Made by a program: the position numbers and the translations under genes. The notes beneath the pieces are model-generated. The model saw only the letters and a program-made list of their open reading frames with translations. It searched no databases and was not told the origin of the DNA. A DNA stretch of 64,000 bases, taken from contig JBEPZY010000002.1 of the NCBI GenBank assembly GCA_041640595.1, positions 604,407 through 668,406 of the forward strand, read 5' to 3'. This DNA comes from Gemmatales bacterium (GTDB taxonomy: Bacteria > Planctomycetota > Planctomycetia > Gemmatales > HRBIN36). This document shows positions 49,761 through 60,400 of this stretch, one piece after another (the first letter of the stretch is position 1; each line of letters begins with the position of its first letter).

Positions 49761-52700
49761 TTATTTTTCATCCGCAGGCAGCGCCAGGATCACCAGACTG
49801 CCATTGTCGTATCGAACCAGCAGCTGGTTGCGTTCGCTGTCCACCACCAGGCCACGCACAGGGCTTTTGTTGCCGCTACTCAGAAGCATGACCTGTCGCG
49901 TTTGGATGTTCGCCTGGCCAACGCTTCCATCTTCCATGCCGACCAGAAACTGCGAATTTCGCGGATGCGCGGTGATGGCGGTTACCGATTGCGGCAAGGC
50001 GAGTGGCGCCTGGGGTACCAGTTTGTCCCCCTGTGCTTGGAACGGCAACAATTCTTTCTCCAGCACAGCCGCGAGCCAGACGCCGTCGCTGCTGAACGCT
50101 GCCTGTGGTAGTCTGTCGGTCTTGTTCGGATAATCGTAAGTGTGAAGCAGTTTGCCTTGTGCATCAAGCAAGAACACTCTGGGCCTACCGTCGCGAGCTC
50201 TGCCAATCGCGGCCAGACGATGGCCGTTGGGGTTAGCACAAAATACCGGCCGGAACGTTCCGAAATCAATTTGAACCTCGCTTTTAGCGACCGCCAGAGG
50301 CACAACTTGCTGTGCCAGAATGGGGTAACGCAGCACTCCTGTGGTCGAGAGGACAAGTAAGCTAAACCGTGCTCCCTCGCTTACCACCATGCCCATGCGA
50401 AGGTCTGCGGCAGCGACTTCGCGGAGGTTCCAGTCGGCCTGGCTTGTATCCACCCAGAGGAACTTCTCTTGCAGTCCGATCGCCAGGATGGATTGCTCTT
50501 GGTGTCCGGCCAACCAGGCAGGCAGTTCCGGCAGCTTCCAGGTTCGTACCTGCAGTTTGTCCGCATCCAGATGCAACGCCAGCAGTGTCGGTTCGCTGGT
50601 TTTAATGTGCCGGCCGGCGCAGACCGCGATTCGGCCTTTGGTCAGCACAGGCCCCACCAGCGATTTCGGCTGTAACCACTTATCGAGTTCGTACACGGCC
50701 AGCATCCCCTGGGGGCCGGGCAGATCGGGGAATCGGGCGATGGCTTTTTTCCAGCGTTCCGCGATTGCCGGCGCCAGGACAGCGTTTTCCCGTAGCTGTT
50801 GCTGATACGCTTGCAGATACCAGTGCGCTGCTCGCTCGTAATACCAGCGAGCATCGTCATCGCGTTGAATTCCCTGTCCTGCCTGCACCCAGGCATCGGC
50901 TAATTCCAACATGTCGGGCACCGCTTTCGGCGTTTTGAGTTCGAGCCCGGCGGCACGCTCCAGCATCGCTTCGCCACATTTCGCCAGATGCTGAAAGCCC
51001 CTGGCATAGCGTTCCAATCGCCGCACATAAAACCAGCCCAGCAAACGCTGGCTTTGCGGATCACCGGCGTTTTGTTTCAGGGCCTGGCGGCAAGCCATAA
51101 GCTCGGCTTGCAGCTCCATCGCTGCGGTGCAAAGCTGAACCTGCCGCTGACAATACGCCAGCCTTTGCCCCAGTTGTGCCGGGAAGCGATTCGCCAGTTC
51201 CGCAGCGCGGCGCCAGCAGTTCCGAGCGATTTCCAGTTCGAGTTGCAGCGTGAGCGATTCCGCCAGCTCTTCCCAGTGCGCCAAGACTTTGTCCGCGGCC
51301 AGGGGAGAATTGCGAGACAGGAACCGGCTCGTGAACTCTTCCAGAGCCAGCATGGACAATAACTCTGCCGGCTCGGCGAACAATCGGTCTTGCAATAGGG
51401 CGATGCCACGTTGCAAACCCACCAGGTCAGCCGACTGCCCACAGATAGCGGCGATTTCGAGTCCGCAAGCCAAAACTTCCGCTGCTGACTCCGCCTGTCG
51501 GCCGTGGTCGGATAGTTTCCCGATCAACTCGGCTCGCGAGGCGGGGAGTCTCTGGTAGTGTGCGGCGTAGTCGTTGCGGATTTTTTCGCGGAAAGCTCTT
51601 TCCTCGCCTGGGACGGGTAACGGTTGCCGGGGCGAAGTGCCGGGTGGGTCTTCCCCACCTCGTACGATGTCGATCGCGGCGACAGGCGGCACCGGGGGTT
51701 CGGGCAACAATTCAGAGAACCGCAAACGATTTTCTCCGCGGATGACGGCTCGGCCTGACCGCCCGTCGGCCAGCACTTCCTGCCACTTTTCCCCTGGCTC
51801 ATCGCTGCGTTGCACCAGGGCCGGCTCGCGACGTGCCAGATCGTAAAGAACCGTGACCCGCTCACCGTACAGCACCGCCAGATGCGAACCACCCGATACG
51901 AAGGCCAGCTTTTGCGGCTGGGCAGGGGTACTCAACACGATTGGTTCGCCTTCCTCCGACCAGACCTGAATGCGGTAGCGAGGCGGTACGGAAACACGCC
52001 ACACCAGCGCTGCCCACCGACCATCGCTCGAAAGCGTGCCGACCGGCAAAGCTTCCGCTTGTGCTTCCGGCCTGGGCAGGCCCAGAGACCGAATTTCCTG
52101 CTGGGCCTCGTACAACCCTTCTTTAGTGAGCACGAAAGGGCTTCCCGTTCGTCCACGAAATGCGATAGCCACAGCTTCACCGACGCGACCTTTGACCAGT
52201 TCGTAACGCATGCTCGCGCAATCCACCACAACCACTGTACCGTTCCAGACCAGGGCCAGTTTTTCGGTGTACGGGGAATAAGCGACCGGGGTCTGCCAGG
52301 CTCCGCTCGGTTTGGCCGTGAGCCGAAACTGACATTCGCGCAACATCCGCCGTTGCACCGGATCGAAAAGCTGCACGCCGTCGCTGAAAACCACTGCCAG
52401 CTGGTGGACACCGCACCAGCACACTGCCAGCGGATGGCGTTCCGAGGCCACCGGGAAAGAAACCAGCGGTCTCCGCTGGGTAAAGTCGTAAATGTTCACC
52501 TGGCCGAGCTCCTCAAGAACGGCGACATACCGGCCAGTGGGGTCCACGGCTACCGAGCGAATTTTGCCCGTAACCACTGCCTCGCCAGGTAATTTCGTTG
52601 GGAGATGGACAGGCAGTTCGGGAACCAGTGGTTCATCTGCTGGTTTGGTGGAAGGCGAGGTATCCGCTTTATTTGCCGGAGCTGTTTCTTCGGGGGGTTT

Positions 52701-54032
52701 GGGTATGGATTGTGTGTCGTGCGAGGGTGGAGTGTTTTGCGAAACACTCGGCTTACTTCGCAACATCGTCAGCGCGATCCAGACTGCCAGGCCCACGCCG
52801 AGCAGGAACGTCAAGACCAACCCGGCCACGGCATATTGCAATTTTCGCCGACCGGCTTGCCAGCTTTGCTTGCCGGGTCGCTCCGGCAATAAAAGCGCCG
52901 GAGGCTCTGTTGGTTCAACTGGCTCACCCCCGATCGGTGCGGGGATTGGAGGCGGCACTCCTGGGCTGCTTCCGATCGCTAACGGAGCCAGGGCTTGTGC
53001 TACTTCTGCTGGTCTCTGATAACGTCCCTCGGGCTGCACCGCCAGCATCCGGCTCAACACAGTCACTAGTGCCGGCGGCACATCGGGACGCAGGGACTGG
53101 ATCGGTGTAATTCGCCCTTGCTGTATAGCTAGAATTTTTTGCCTCGCATCACCATCGGCGACAGGCGGACGCCCCGCTAACAGGTAGTACAGAGTGCATC
53201 CGAGACTGTAGATATCAGCACGGGAGTCGGCCTGAGCCCCAGGCCGCAAAAGTTCCGGAGCCAGGTAATCAAGACCAATCAGCGAACCTGACCCGGCCAC
53301 GCGTGAACCACCAGATGCGGCCCCACCTGCCATCGCACGGTAATCCTGCAGGTCGTTTCTCACCAGGGCCAGACCAAAATCCATCACCTTGACCACATCG
53401 GTCTGAGTGGCCGGGTCGCGGCTAACCACGATGTTGGACGGTTTGAGATTGCCATGCACCAGGCCCAGATCGGCGGCGTATTGCAAACCGCTGGCTACCT
53501 GACGGACGTATTCGCAAGCGGTGGGTGCCAGCAACGTCCCGCGGTCGCGGACCAGCTGTTCGAGTGTCTTGCCTTCGACATACTGCATGGCGTAATAGCA
53601 GCGCTGCCCGTCTCGGCCGGCATCGTAAACCGCCACAATGTTCGGATGCTGCAATCGCGCTGCCAGCTTTGCCTCATGGAAAAAACGCTCTATCAGACCC
53701 GGCGCGTTGAGTTTGGACACATCAACCACTTTCAGCGCACAAATACGCCCCAGAGCGCTGTGCCGAGCCTTGTACACTTCACCTGTCGGCCCGCTGCCCA
53801 GACGATCCAGGATGCGATACGGCCCCAACACCAGGGTGGACAATTGCCCGTTCATCAACGCATTCACCTGATACGCCGTCAGTAAACCGCGTTCAATCAG
53901 CAATCGCCACCAACGCAATCGATCCGAACATTCCCTGACCAGCGCCTGTAACTCGTTGTGCCGTTCGGCCGGCACCAGTTCCCACTGCACCAGCTCGGCC
54001 GCAATTTCCGCTACGCTGCTACTGGGCGACAT
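49761..54032 (-). CDS. Membrane Ser/Thr kinase-like protein (probable pseudokinase) with WD40-like and helical domains
   Basis: LGSGPTGEVY, ALKVV, HGNLKPSN, DFGLA, DYLAPE, DIYSLG; one TM segment; propeller-like repeats; AGGAG RBS before ATG 54032. Confidence 0.88.
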   Translation of the reverse strand: MSPSSSVAEIAAELVQWELVPAERHNELQALVRECSDRLRWWRLLIERGLLTAYQVNALMNGQLSTLVLGPYRILDRLGSGPTGEVYKARHSALGRICALKVVDVSKLNAPGLIERFFHEAKLAARLQHPNIVAVYDAGRDGQRCYYAMQYVEGKTLEQLVRDRGTLLAPTACEYVRQVASGLQYAADLGLVHGNLKPSNIVVSRDPATQTDVVKVMDFGLALVRNDLQDYRAMAGGAASGGSRVAGSGSLIGLDYLAPELLRPGAQADSRADIYSLGCTLYYLLAGRPPVADGDARQKILAIQQGRITPIQSLRPDVPPALVTVLSRMLAVQPEGRYQRPAEVAQALAPLAIGSSPGVPPPIPAPIGGEPVEPTEPPALLLPERPGKQSWQAGRRKLQYAVAGLVLTFLLGVGLAVWIALTMLRSKPSVSQNTPPSHDTQSIPKPPEETAPANKADTSPSTKPADEPLVPELPVHLPTKLPGEAVVTGKIRSVAVDPTGRYVAVLEELGQVNIYDFTQRRPLVSFPVASERHPLAVCWCGVHQLAVVFSDGVQLFDPVQRRMLRECQFRLTAKPSGAWQTPVAYSPYTEKLALVWNGTVVVVDCASMRYELVKGRVGEAVAIAFRGRTGSPFVLTKEGLYEAQQEIRSLGLPRPEAQAEALPVGTLSSDGRWAALVWRVSVPPRYRIQVWSEEGEPIVLSTPAQPQKLAFVSGGSHLAVLYGERVTVLYDLARREPALVQRSDEPGEKWQEVLADGRSGRAVIRGENRLRFSELLPEPPVPPVAAIDIVRGGEDPPGTSPRQPLPVPGEERAFREKIRNDYAAHYQRLPASRAELIGKLSDHGRQAESAAEVLACGLEIAAICGQSADLVGLQRGIALLQDRLFAEPAELLSMLALEEFTSRFLSRNSPLAADKVLAHWEELAESLTLQLELEIARNCWRRAAELANRFPAQLGQRLAYCQRQVQLCTAAMELQAELMACRQALKQNAGDPQSQRLLGWFYVRRLERYARGFQHLAKCGEAMLERAAGLELKTPKAVPDMLELADAWVQAGQGIQRDDDARWYYERAAHWYLQAYQQQLRENAVLAPAIAERWKKAIARFPDLPGPQGMLAVYELDKWLQPKSLVGPVLTKGRIAVCAGRHIKTSEPTLLALHLDADKLQVRTWKLPELPAWLAGHQEQSILAIGLQEKFLWVDTSQADWNLREVAAADLRMGMVVSEGARFSLLVLSTTGVLRYPILAQQVVPLAVAKSEVQIDFGTFRPVFCANPNGHRLAAIGRARDGRPRVFLLDAQGKLLHTYDYPNKTDRLPQAAFSSDGVWLAAVLEKELLPFQAQGDKLVPQAPLALPQSVTAITAHPRNSQFLVGMEDGSVGQANIQTRQVMLLSSGNKSPVRGLVVDSERNQLLVRYDNGSLVILALPADEK

Positions 54033-54314
54033 ACGTTTCTCCTGGTTCGAGGTTTTCCGATATTGTAGCACTGGCGCACTGTCGCCACAATCTCCCGAAC
54101 TTCGGCCCGAGCATGAACGGAATACGCGAATCGCTCCGAAGCATCCGGCGAAATTTTTATGCAGCGTTGCTCTCTTGGCCGGATTATGAAAGCGTTCTGA
54201 GAAAGCCGCCTTTGCCTTTGGGAACTAATCTGCCGATGAGTTCGTCCGTGACAGTGATGGCAATGTGTACGACTAAAAAGTCTGGCTAGGCCATGAAAAA
54301 TCTATGACAGGCAC

Positions 54315-54343
54315 TTGAACCGTGGCAACGGCCTTGTTATCAT
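54315..54343 (+). promoter_or_regulatory. Sigma70-like promoter of the giant gene
   Basis: TTGAAC-N17-TATCAT with TG extension. Confidence 0.55.
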
Positions 54344-54498
54344 CAGAAAGAGAGCATTCGTCGGGGGTCGGCAAGGAACAGGGCTCGCGCGGTTGAGAGG
54401 TTATCCGGGACTCGCACACGCTACTACTGCGCCAACGAATTTCCTGGCGCTTCGTCTTGCTCTATGAGTGAGAATACGGCACTGAGAGGAGGCAACGC

Positions 54499-57400
54499 GT
54501 GCACAGCTGGTGGCGAGCGTGGCGATGGTTGACCACGGGGCGACGGCCTTCGGCTAATTCGGGCAATGGTCGCGTTCGACAACGAGGCCAGGCACGTAAA
54601 CGACCGGCCGAACGCCGTGTTTATCTGCACCTGGAACAACTGGAAGACCGGACGGTACCGTCCACCTCGATTCCGTTGCATCCGGTGAATTGGACGCCAT
54701 TAGGGCCGTTTGGCATTCAGCCCGGGGGTTCGAGCAACATCTGGTCGGGCCGGGTCAACGCCATTGCGGTTCATCCGACGAACGCCAACACGATATATGT
54801 GGGCAGCAGCGGTGGGGTGTGGCGGACGCAGGATGGGGGAGTAAGCTGGACGCCGCTGACGGACCAGATGCCGAATTTGACGATTGGTGCCGTTGCAGTG
54901 GCTCCGAGTGATCCGCAGGTGATTTATGCGGGCACTGGGGAGATGCATTTTAGTGCGATAGATTCGTTTCCTGGGAGTGGGTTGTACATATCGCGGGATG
55001 GTGGTGCGAGCTGGGAGGTGACGTTTGGCGGGGCGGTGGACACGCAGATAGGGAACGTAACGCGGCCGGTGGAGGTGAATGGGACGATTTACTTTGTAGC
55101 GTTTACGCAGGCGAATGGGTGGGAGTTGTGGAAGACAGATGGGACGACGGCGGTGATGGTGGCGGACATTTATCCTGGTTCGACGAGTTCGAATCCGCGG
55201 TTATTGACGAACGTGAATGGGACGTTGTTTTTCGTGGCGGAGGATGCGAATCTGGGGGTGGAGTTGTGGACGAGTGATGGGACAGCGGCGGGGACGCGGA
55301 TGGTGCGGGATATTCGGCCTGGGGTGCAGAGTTCGAATCCGAACTGGCTGGTGGAGGTGAATGGGACGTTGTATTTTTCGGCCAATGACGGGGCGACAGG
55401 GGTGGAGTTATGGAAATGGGATCCGAGCATTGCGCCGAGCGGGTCGGCACCGGCGGCGAATCAGGTGGTGCAGGTGCGGAACATTCGCGGGGGAGGAGGG
55501 TTTGGAGGGGATGGCAGTTCGAATCCGAGTTTTTTGACGAACGTAAACGGGACGTTGTATTTTTCGGCGATCAACAGTGGTGGTACAGGGGTGGAGTTAT
55601 GGCGGAGTAATGGGACTTCGACGGGGACGGTGCTGGTAGCCGATATCAATCCTGGGCCAGGGGGGAGTTCGAATCCGAGCAATCTGGTGAATGTGAACGG
55701 GACGCTGTATTTTGCGGCGACGGACGGGACGAATGGGGTGGAGTTGTGGACGAGTGATGGGACGGCGGCGGGGACACAGATGGTGCTGGACATAGCTCCG
55801 GGTACGGCGTCGTCGGACCCGCAGAATCTGATAGCGATCAATGGCACGCTGTTTTTCACGGCGGATGATGGGGTGAGTGGTCGGGAGTTGTGGGTCAGCG
55901 ATGGGACGCCGGGTAACACGCGGATGGTGAAGGATATCCGGTTAGGGAGCGCCAGCGCCAGTTTTGGGGAGATGGTGAACTACAATGGGGTGTTGCTGTT
56001 TGTGGTGGATGATGGGTTGCTGGGGGCGGAGTTGTGGCGAAGCGATGGGACGGAAGCAGGGACGGTGCTGGTGAAGGATATAGCGGCGGGGACGCGGTCG
56101 AGTCAGCCGCAGGGGTTGACGGTAGTGCAGACGGCTCCTGGAGTGTATCGGGTGTTTTTCGCGGCCAACGATGGGGTAAGTGGATTTGAGTTGTGGCGAA
56201 GCGATGGGACGGAAACGGGGACGGTGCTGGTGAAGGACATTCGATCGGGGGCCGCGAGTTCGGCGCCGCAACAACTAATTGCCCTGGGGAATCAGGTGGT
56301 GTTTCTGGCCAATGACGGGTTGACGGATTTGGACCCGTGGAAGAGCGACGGGACAGCGGCCGGGACGGTGAAGATAGCGGATACGAATATCACGGCGGGT
56401 TTGGCGATATCGGGGCCGTTTGACCGGCGGTATATTTCGGCGATTGTGGTGGACCCCAACGATGCGAACGTGGTGTATGCGGCGGTTTCGATTCGCGGTG
56501 GGACGGTGGTGGACAGCAGCGGTTCACCGCGTGAACGCTCCGGCATTTACAAGTCGGAAGATGGTGGGCGAACCTGGACAAACACCACCTGGGACAAAAT
56601 CGTTGACCAGGCCGGCAACACGGCGTCCGTAGATCGTGCTTTCACCGATTTGATTCTTGTTCCGGACTCGTCGAGCCCGGTGGGTTACATTTTGTACGCG
56701 GCGATCGGAGATGCCCAGGGCCATGAAATGAATGGCCTGTACCAGAGCCGCGACGGGGGCAACACCTGGTTTCGCGTAGCGTCTTTTCCGGGCGGGCGAT
56801 TCGAGCCGCGCGTCGGTCGCATTCGCCTTGCGGTTAGCAGTACGGATCCGGATTTCCTCTATGGAATTGTTCAGGACGCTGGGAGCCAGACTTTCGGACA
56901 GTTTTACCGCTTCCTGGTTTCCGCCGATAAAGGCTTTAGCTGGCGCGCGCTGCCAGTTGGTGGACCGAATGGTGTTCCGGACCCGTTCCGCTTTTACGCA
57001 AGCTATTCGATGGCGATCGCCATCGATCGGAACGACCCGTACACAGTGTATTACGGTGGCGAAAACTTAGCACGCGTGCACCTCAAGCACGATGACAATA
57101 GGCCGAAGGATGTTTCTCTTTTCACAATAGACGCCGACCCCCAGCGCACCAGAATTCTGACCACTGACGTTGCCGGCCCCGTCCAAGCCCCGCATCTCTA
57201 CTTCCATGCTCTGGTCTTCACACCGGACGGCAAACTTTTGACAGGCAGCGACATGGGAGTGGGAAAGTATGATCCCGCTAACGAGGCGTTCTCACCGCTG
57301 AATGGGGACCCCAGTCTCGACTCTGGCAAGCGAATGCTCAACAACGCTCTGGTAACCAGCGTGGCGACTTCAGTTTTTGGCAACAATATCATGTATGCTG

Positions 57401-60400
57401 GAACCAAGACGACCGGGTTGATTCGCTTTGTCGACAAACAGCTATGGCAAGGCGTGGGCCGCACTCCGGGGCAGGCAACCGATGTTGGCTCTGTGATAAT
57501 GGATCAATTGAATCCCGACTTCGTTTACGCTTTGGATAATCTTGGGGTCAACACCTTATCCGACTTTGTCGGTTCGACCGTTAGTTTCATTCGCAGTACG
57601 AATGGGTTTAACGCAGCGGCAATGCCGAACTTTGCCACTGTGCAGTCATTTGCAATTCCTACAATCAATGACTTCAACGCAGATTGGCGCGAATATTATC
57701 CGCCGATGGTGCTTGACCCAGAGTTGGAGCGCGTATGGTTCGCAAGCAGCTTGATGTACGAGGTGAGTAACATTCGCCGCGGGCCTACTTTCACGGTAGT
57801 TGGCTCGGCTACGATAGACCCAAGTTCGGGGAACTGGCTAGCGGATTTCTTCCCCAGAGGAGCGTTTACTGGCCCTAATAACCAGATCATTGATTCGAAA
57901 AGTCGCGTCAGCACGATCGCGGTGTTTCAAGTTGCCCCACCAAATCCTCCACCTCTGACCGGCGGGTGGATCTGGGGCACACCGGGAGGCCAGGGTGCCG
58001 GAGATGGCATGACGCTACCTGGAGACCCCGAACGAATTTGGGCAATCGACGATCAGGGCAACGTAAGCCGGACACGCGATATTGGCTTTTTAAACAGCTT
58101 TAGACCAAACAGTGTTACGAACACTCGCGGCAGAGAATATGCCTGGGATTTAGTTGCTCCGTTACCACCGGCGAACTGGGTGGATTCTGCTATTAGTGGT
58201 TCGAGTTCTTCCGATGCTGGGGTGCTGTATGTGGTGGCTGCGAGCTTCCGAGGTGGCGCGCTTCAGAGCCAGGTTTATATGACCTCAGACGACGGTAACA
58301 GTTGGCGGTCGATCGGCGATAGCTTGCCCGATGTGCCCGCGCGCGCTATCCTCGTCGAACCGCGGCAACCGGGCTGGCAGGACGACGTCTTGTACGTGGG
58401 TACGGATGCGGGGGTGTTCCGCGGCACCTACAACGCGCTAACCGGGCAGTGGGAATGGCGGCTGTATGGGAAAGGATTGCCCAACGCCCGTATCACCGAC
58501 ATGGAGTTCAATCTTGCTTTCAACGAGTTGATAGTTTCCACCTACGGGCGGGGGGTCTGGGGGATATTTGTCAATACCGATTTGCCGCCGGAGAACACGG
58601 TACCCGGTCCGCAAACCATTCCGGAAGACAGTCAGTTGGTTTTCAACACGGCCAACCGCAACGTGATTCGCGTGGATGACCCGGATGCCGACCCGAATCC
58701 GATTCAGGTGGAACTGAAGGTGGAGCGGGCCCCTGGGGTATTCTCGGGCCGGTTGCAGCTATTCACGACCGCGGGTTTGACGTTTCAGGCAGGCACGACC
58801 AACAACAGTCCGCATATCATCGTGCGGGGCACGATTGCCGATTTGAACAGCGCTCTGCATGGGCTGCGGTTCATACCCGACGCGAATTTCAGCGGCACGA
58901 TCACGCTGACTATCACCACCAGCGATTTGGGGAACACCGGGCCGTTGCCGCCGGGGTTTCCGAATGGGTTCAGTACGACCGACACGGTGCTGATCAACGT
59001 AGTGCGGTCGAACGATGCCCCGCTGCTCAATCCCGATAGCGATCCTGGTCAGCCGGGCATTCAGCCGTGGAGTCTGGGTTCCATTCTCGAAGACGCCGGC
59101 ACCAGCAATGCGACCAATCCGGGTATCTCGATTCGGCAGTTTATTGCCAATAATCCGGGGATGATTACCGACGTGGATGATGGCAATCCACCGGGTTATC
59201 TCGACCCGCGGGGCATCGCCATCACCGCTTTCGACAACAGCAACGGCACCTGGCAGTACACGCTGAACGGCGGTGCGACCTGGTCGGCCATCAATCTGGG
59301 AACAGGCGTAGCGCTGGTGTTGGCCGCGGATGCTGCTGACCAGACCCGCATTCGGTTTGTGCCCAACACTAACTGGAACGGCACGACGACGATCACTTTC
59401 CGCGCCTGGGATCAGTCCAACGGTGTGGCGAACGGGACGGTGATTAGTTCGTTTCCGCCGAACGGTACACCGCCAGGCGACACCAGCGCCTACAGTTTCG
59501 ACTCGGCAACGGCTCAACTGACGGTGACGCCGGTCAACGATCCGCCGTCTGCCAGTTCGACTTCCACCAACTGGACGAATCCGCTGCAGGAGGATAACTT
59601 CCCGCCGGTTCCGGGCACGGTTTATCCGGAAATCACCCTGACGAACTTGCAGCCGGGGCCAGCCGTTACCGGCGCTCAGGATAATGAAAGCAGCCAGACA
59701 ATGACGGTTACGGCCACGTTGCAGAATGTATCCGGTGCCCTGGCGGGAACGTTCATGTACAGCACCGACGGAGGCAGCACATTCAGCGCGACGCCGCCCA
59801 GTGGTTTGGCTGCCGGGGCCAACGTAATAGTCCGGTTTGTACCCGCTCCCGATGCCACTGGTTCGGCGGACATAGTCATCACCATCCAGGATACCGGTGG
59901 CACGGCCAACGGCGGCCAGGATAGCCGCACTTATACGTTCCCGATCAGTATTGACCCGGTCAACGATGCACCGACGATCACGGCTCCCGCTAGCGTTACC
60001 ACCGACGAGGATACCGCCTTGTTCTTCAGCGGTTCTAATGTCATCAGCATAGCGGATGTGGATGCGGGGACGGGGACGCTGGAGGTGAGCCTGTCGGTGA
60101 GTCAGGGGGTTTTGAAGCTGGCGACGCTGAGCGGTATCACGGTGATGAGCGGGGCGGATAACAGCGCGAACATGGTCATTCGGGGGACGCTGGCGGCTCT
60201 GAACGCTGCGTTGAATGGTTTGCGGTACACGCCGGCGTTGAACTACAACGGTTCGGACACGCTGAATATATCGGTGAACGATCTGGGCAACAGTGGCACT
60301 GGTGGTGCACTGAGTGCCAGCGCCTCCGTGGCCATCACCATCAACGCCGTCAACGACGCCCCCACCATCACCGCCCCGAACACCGTCAGCACCATAGAGG

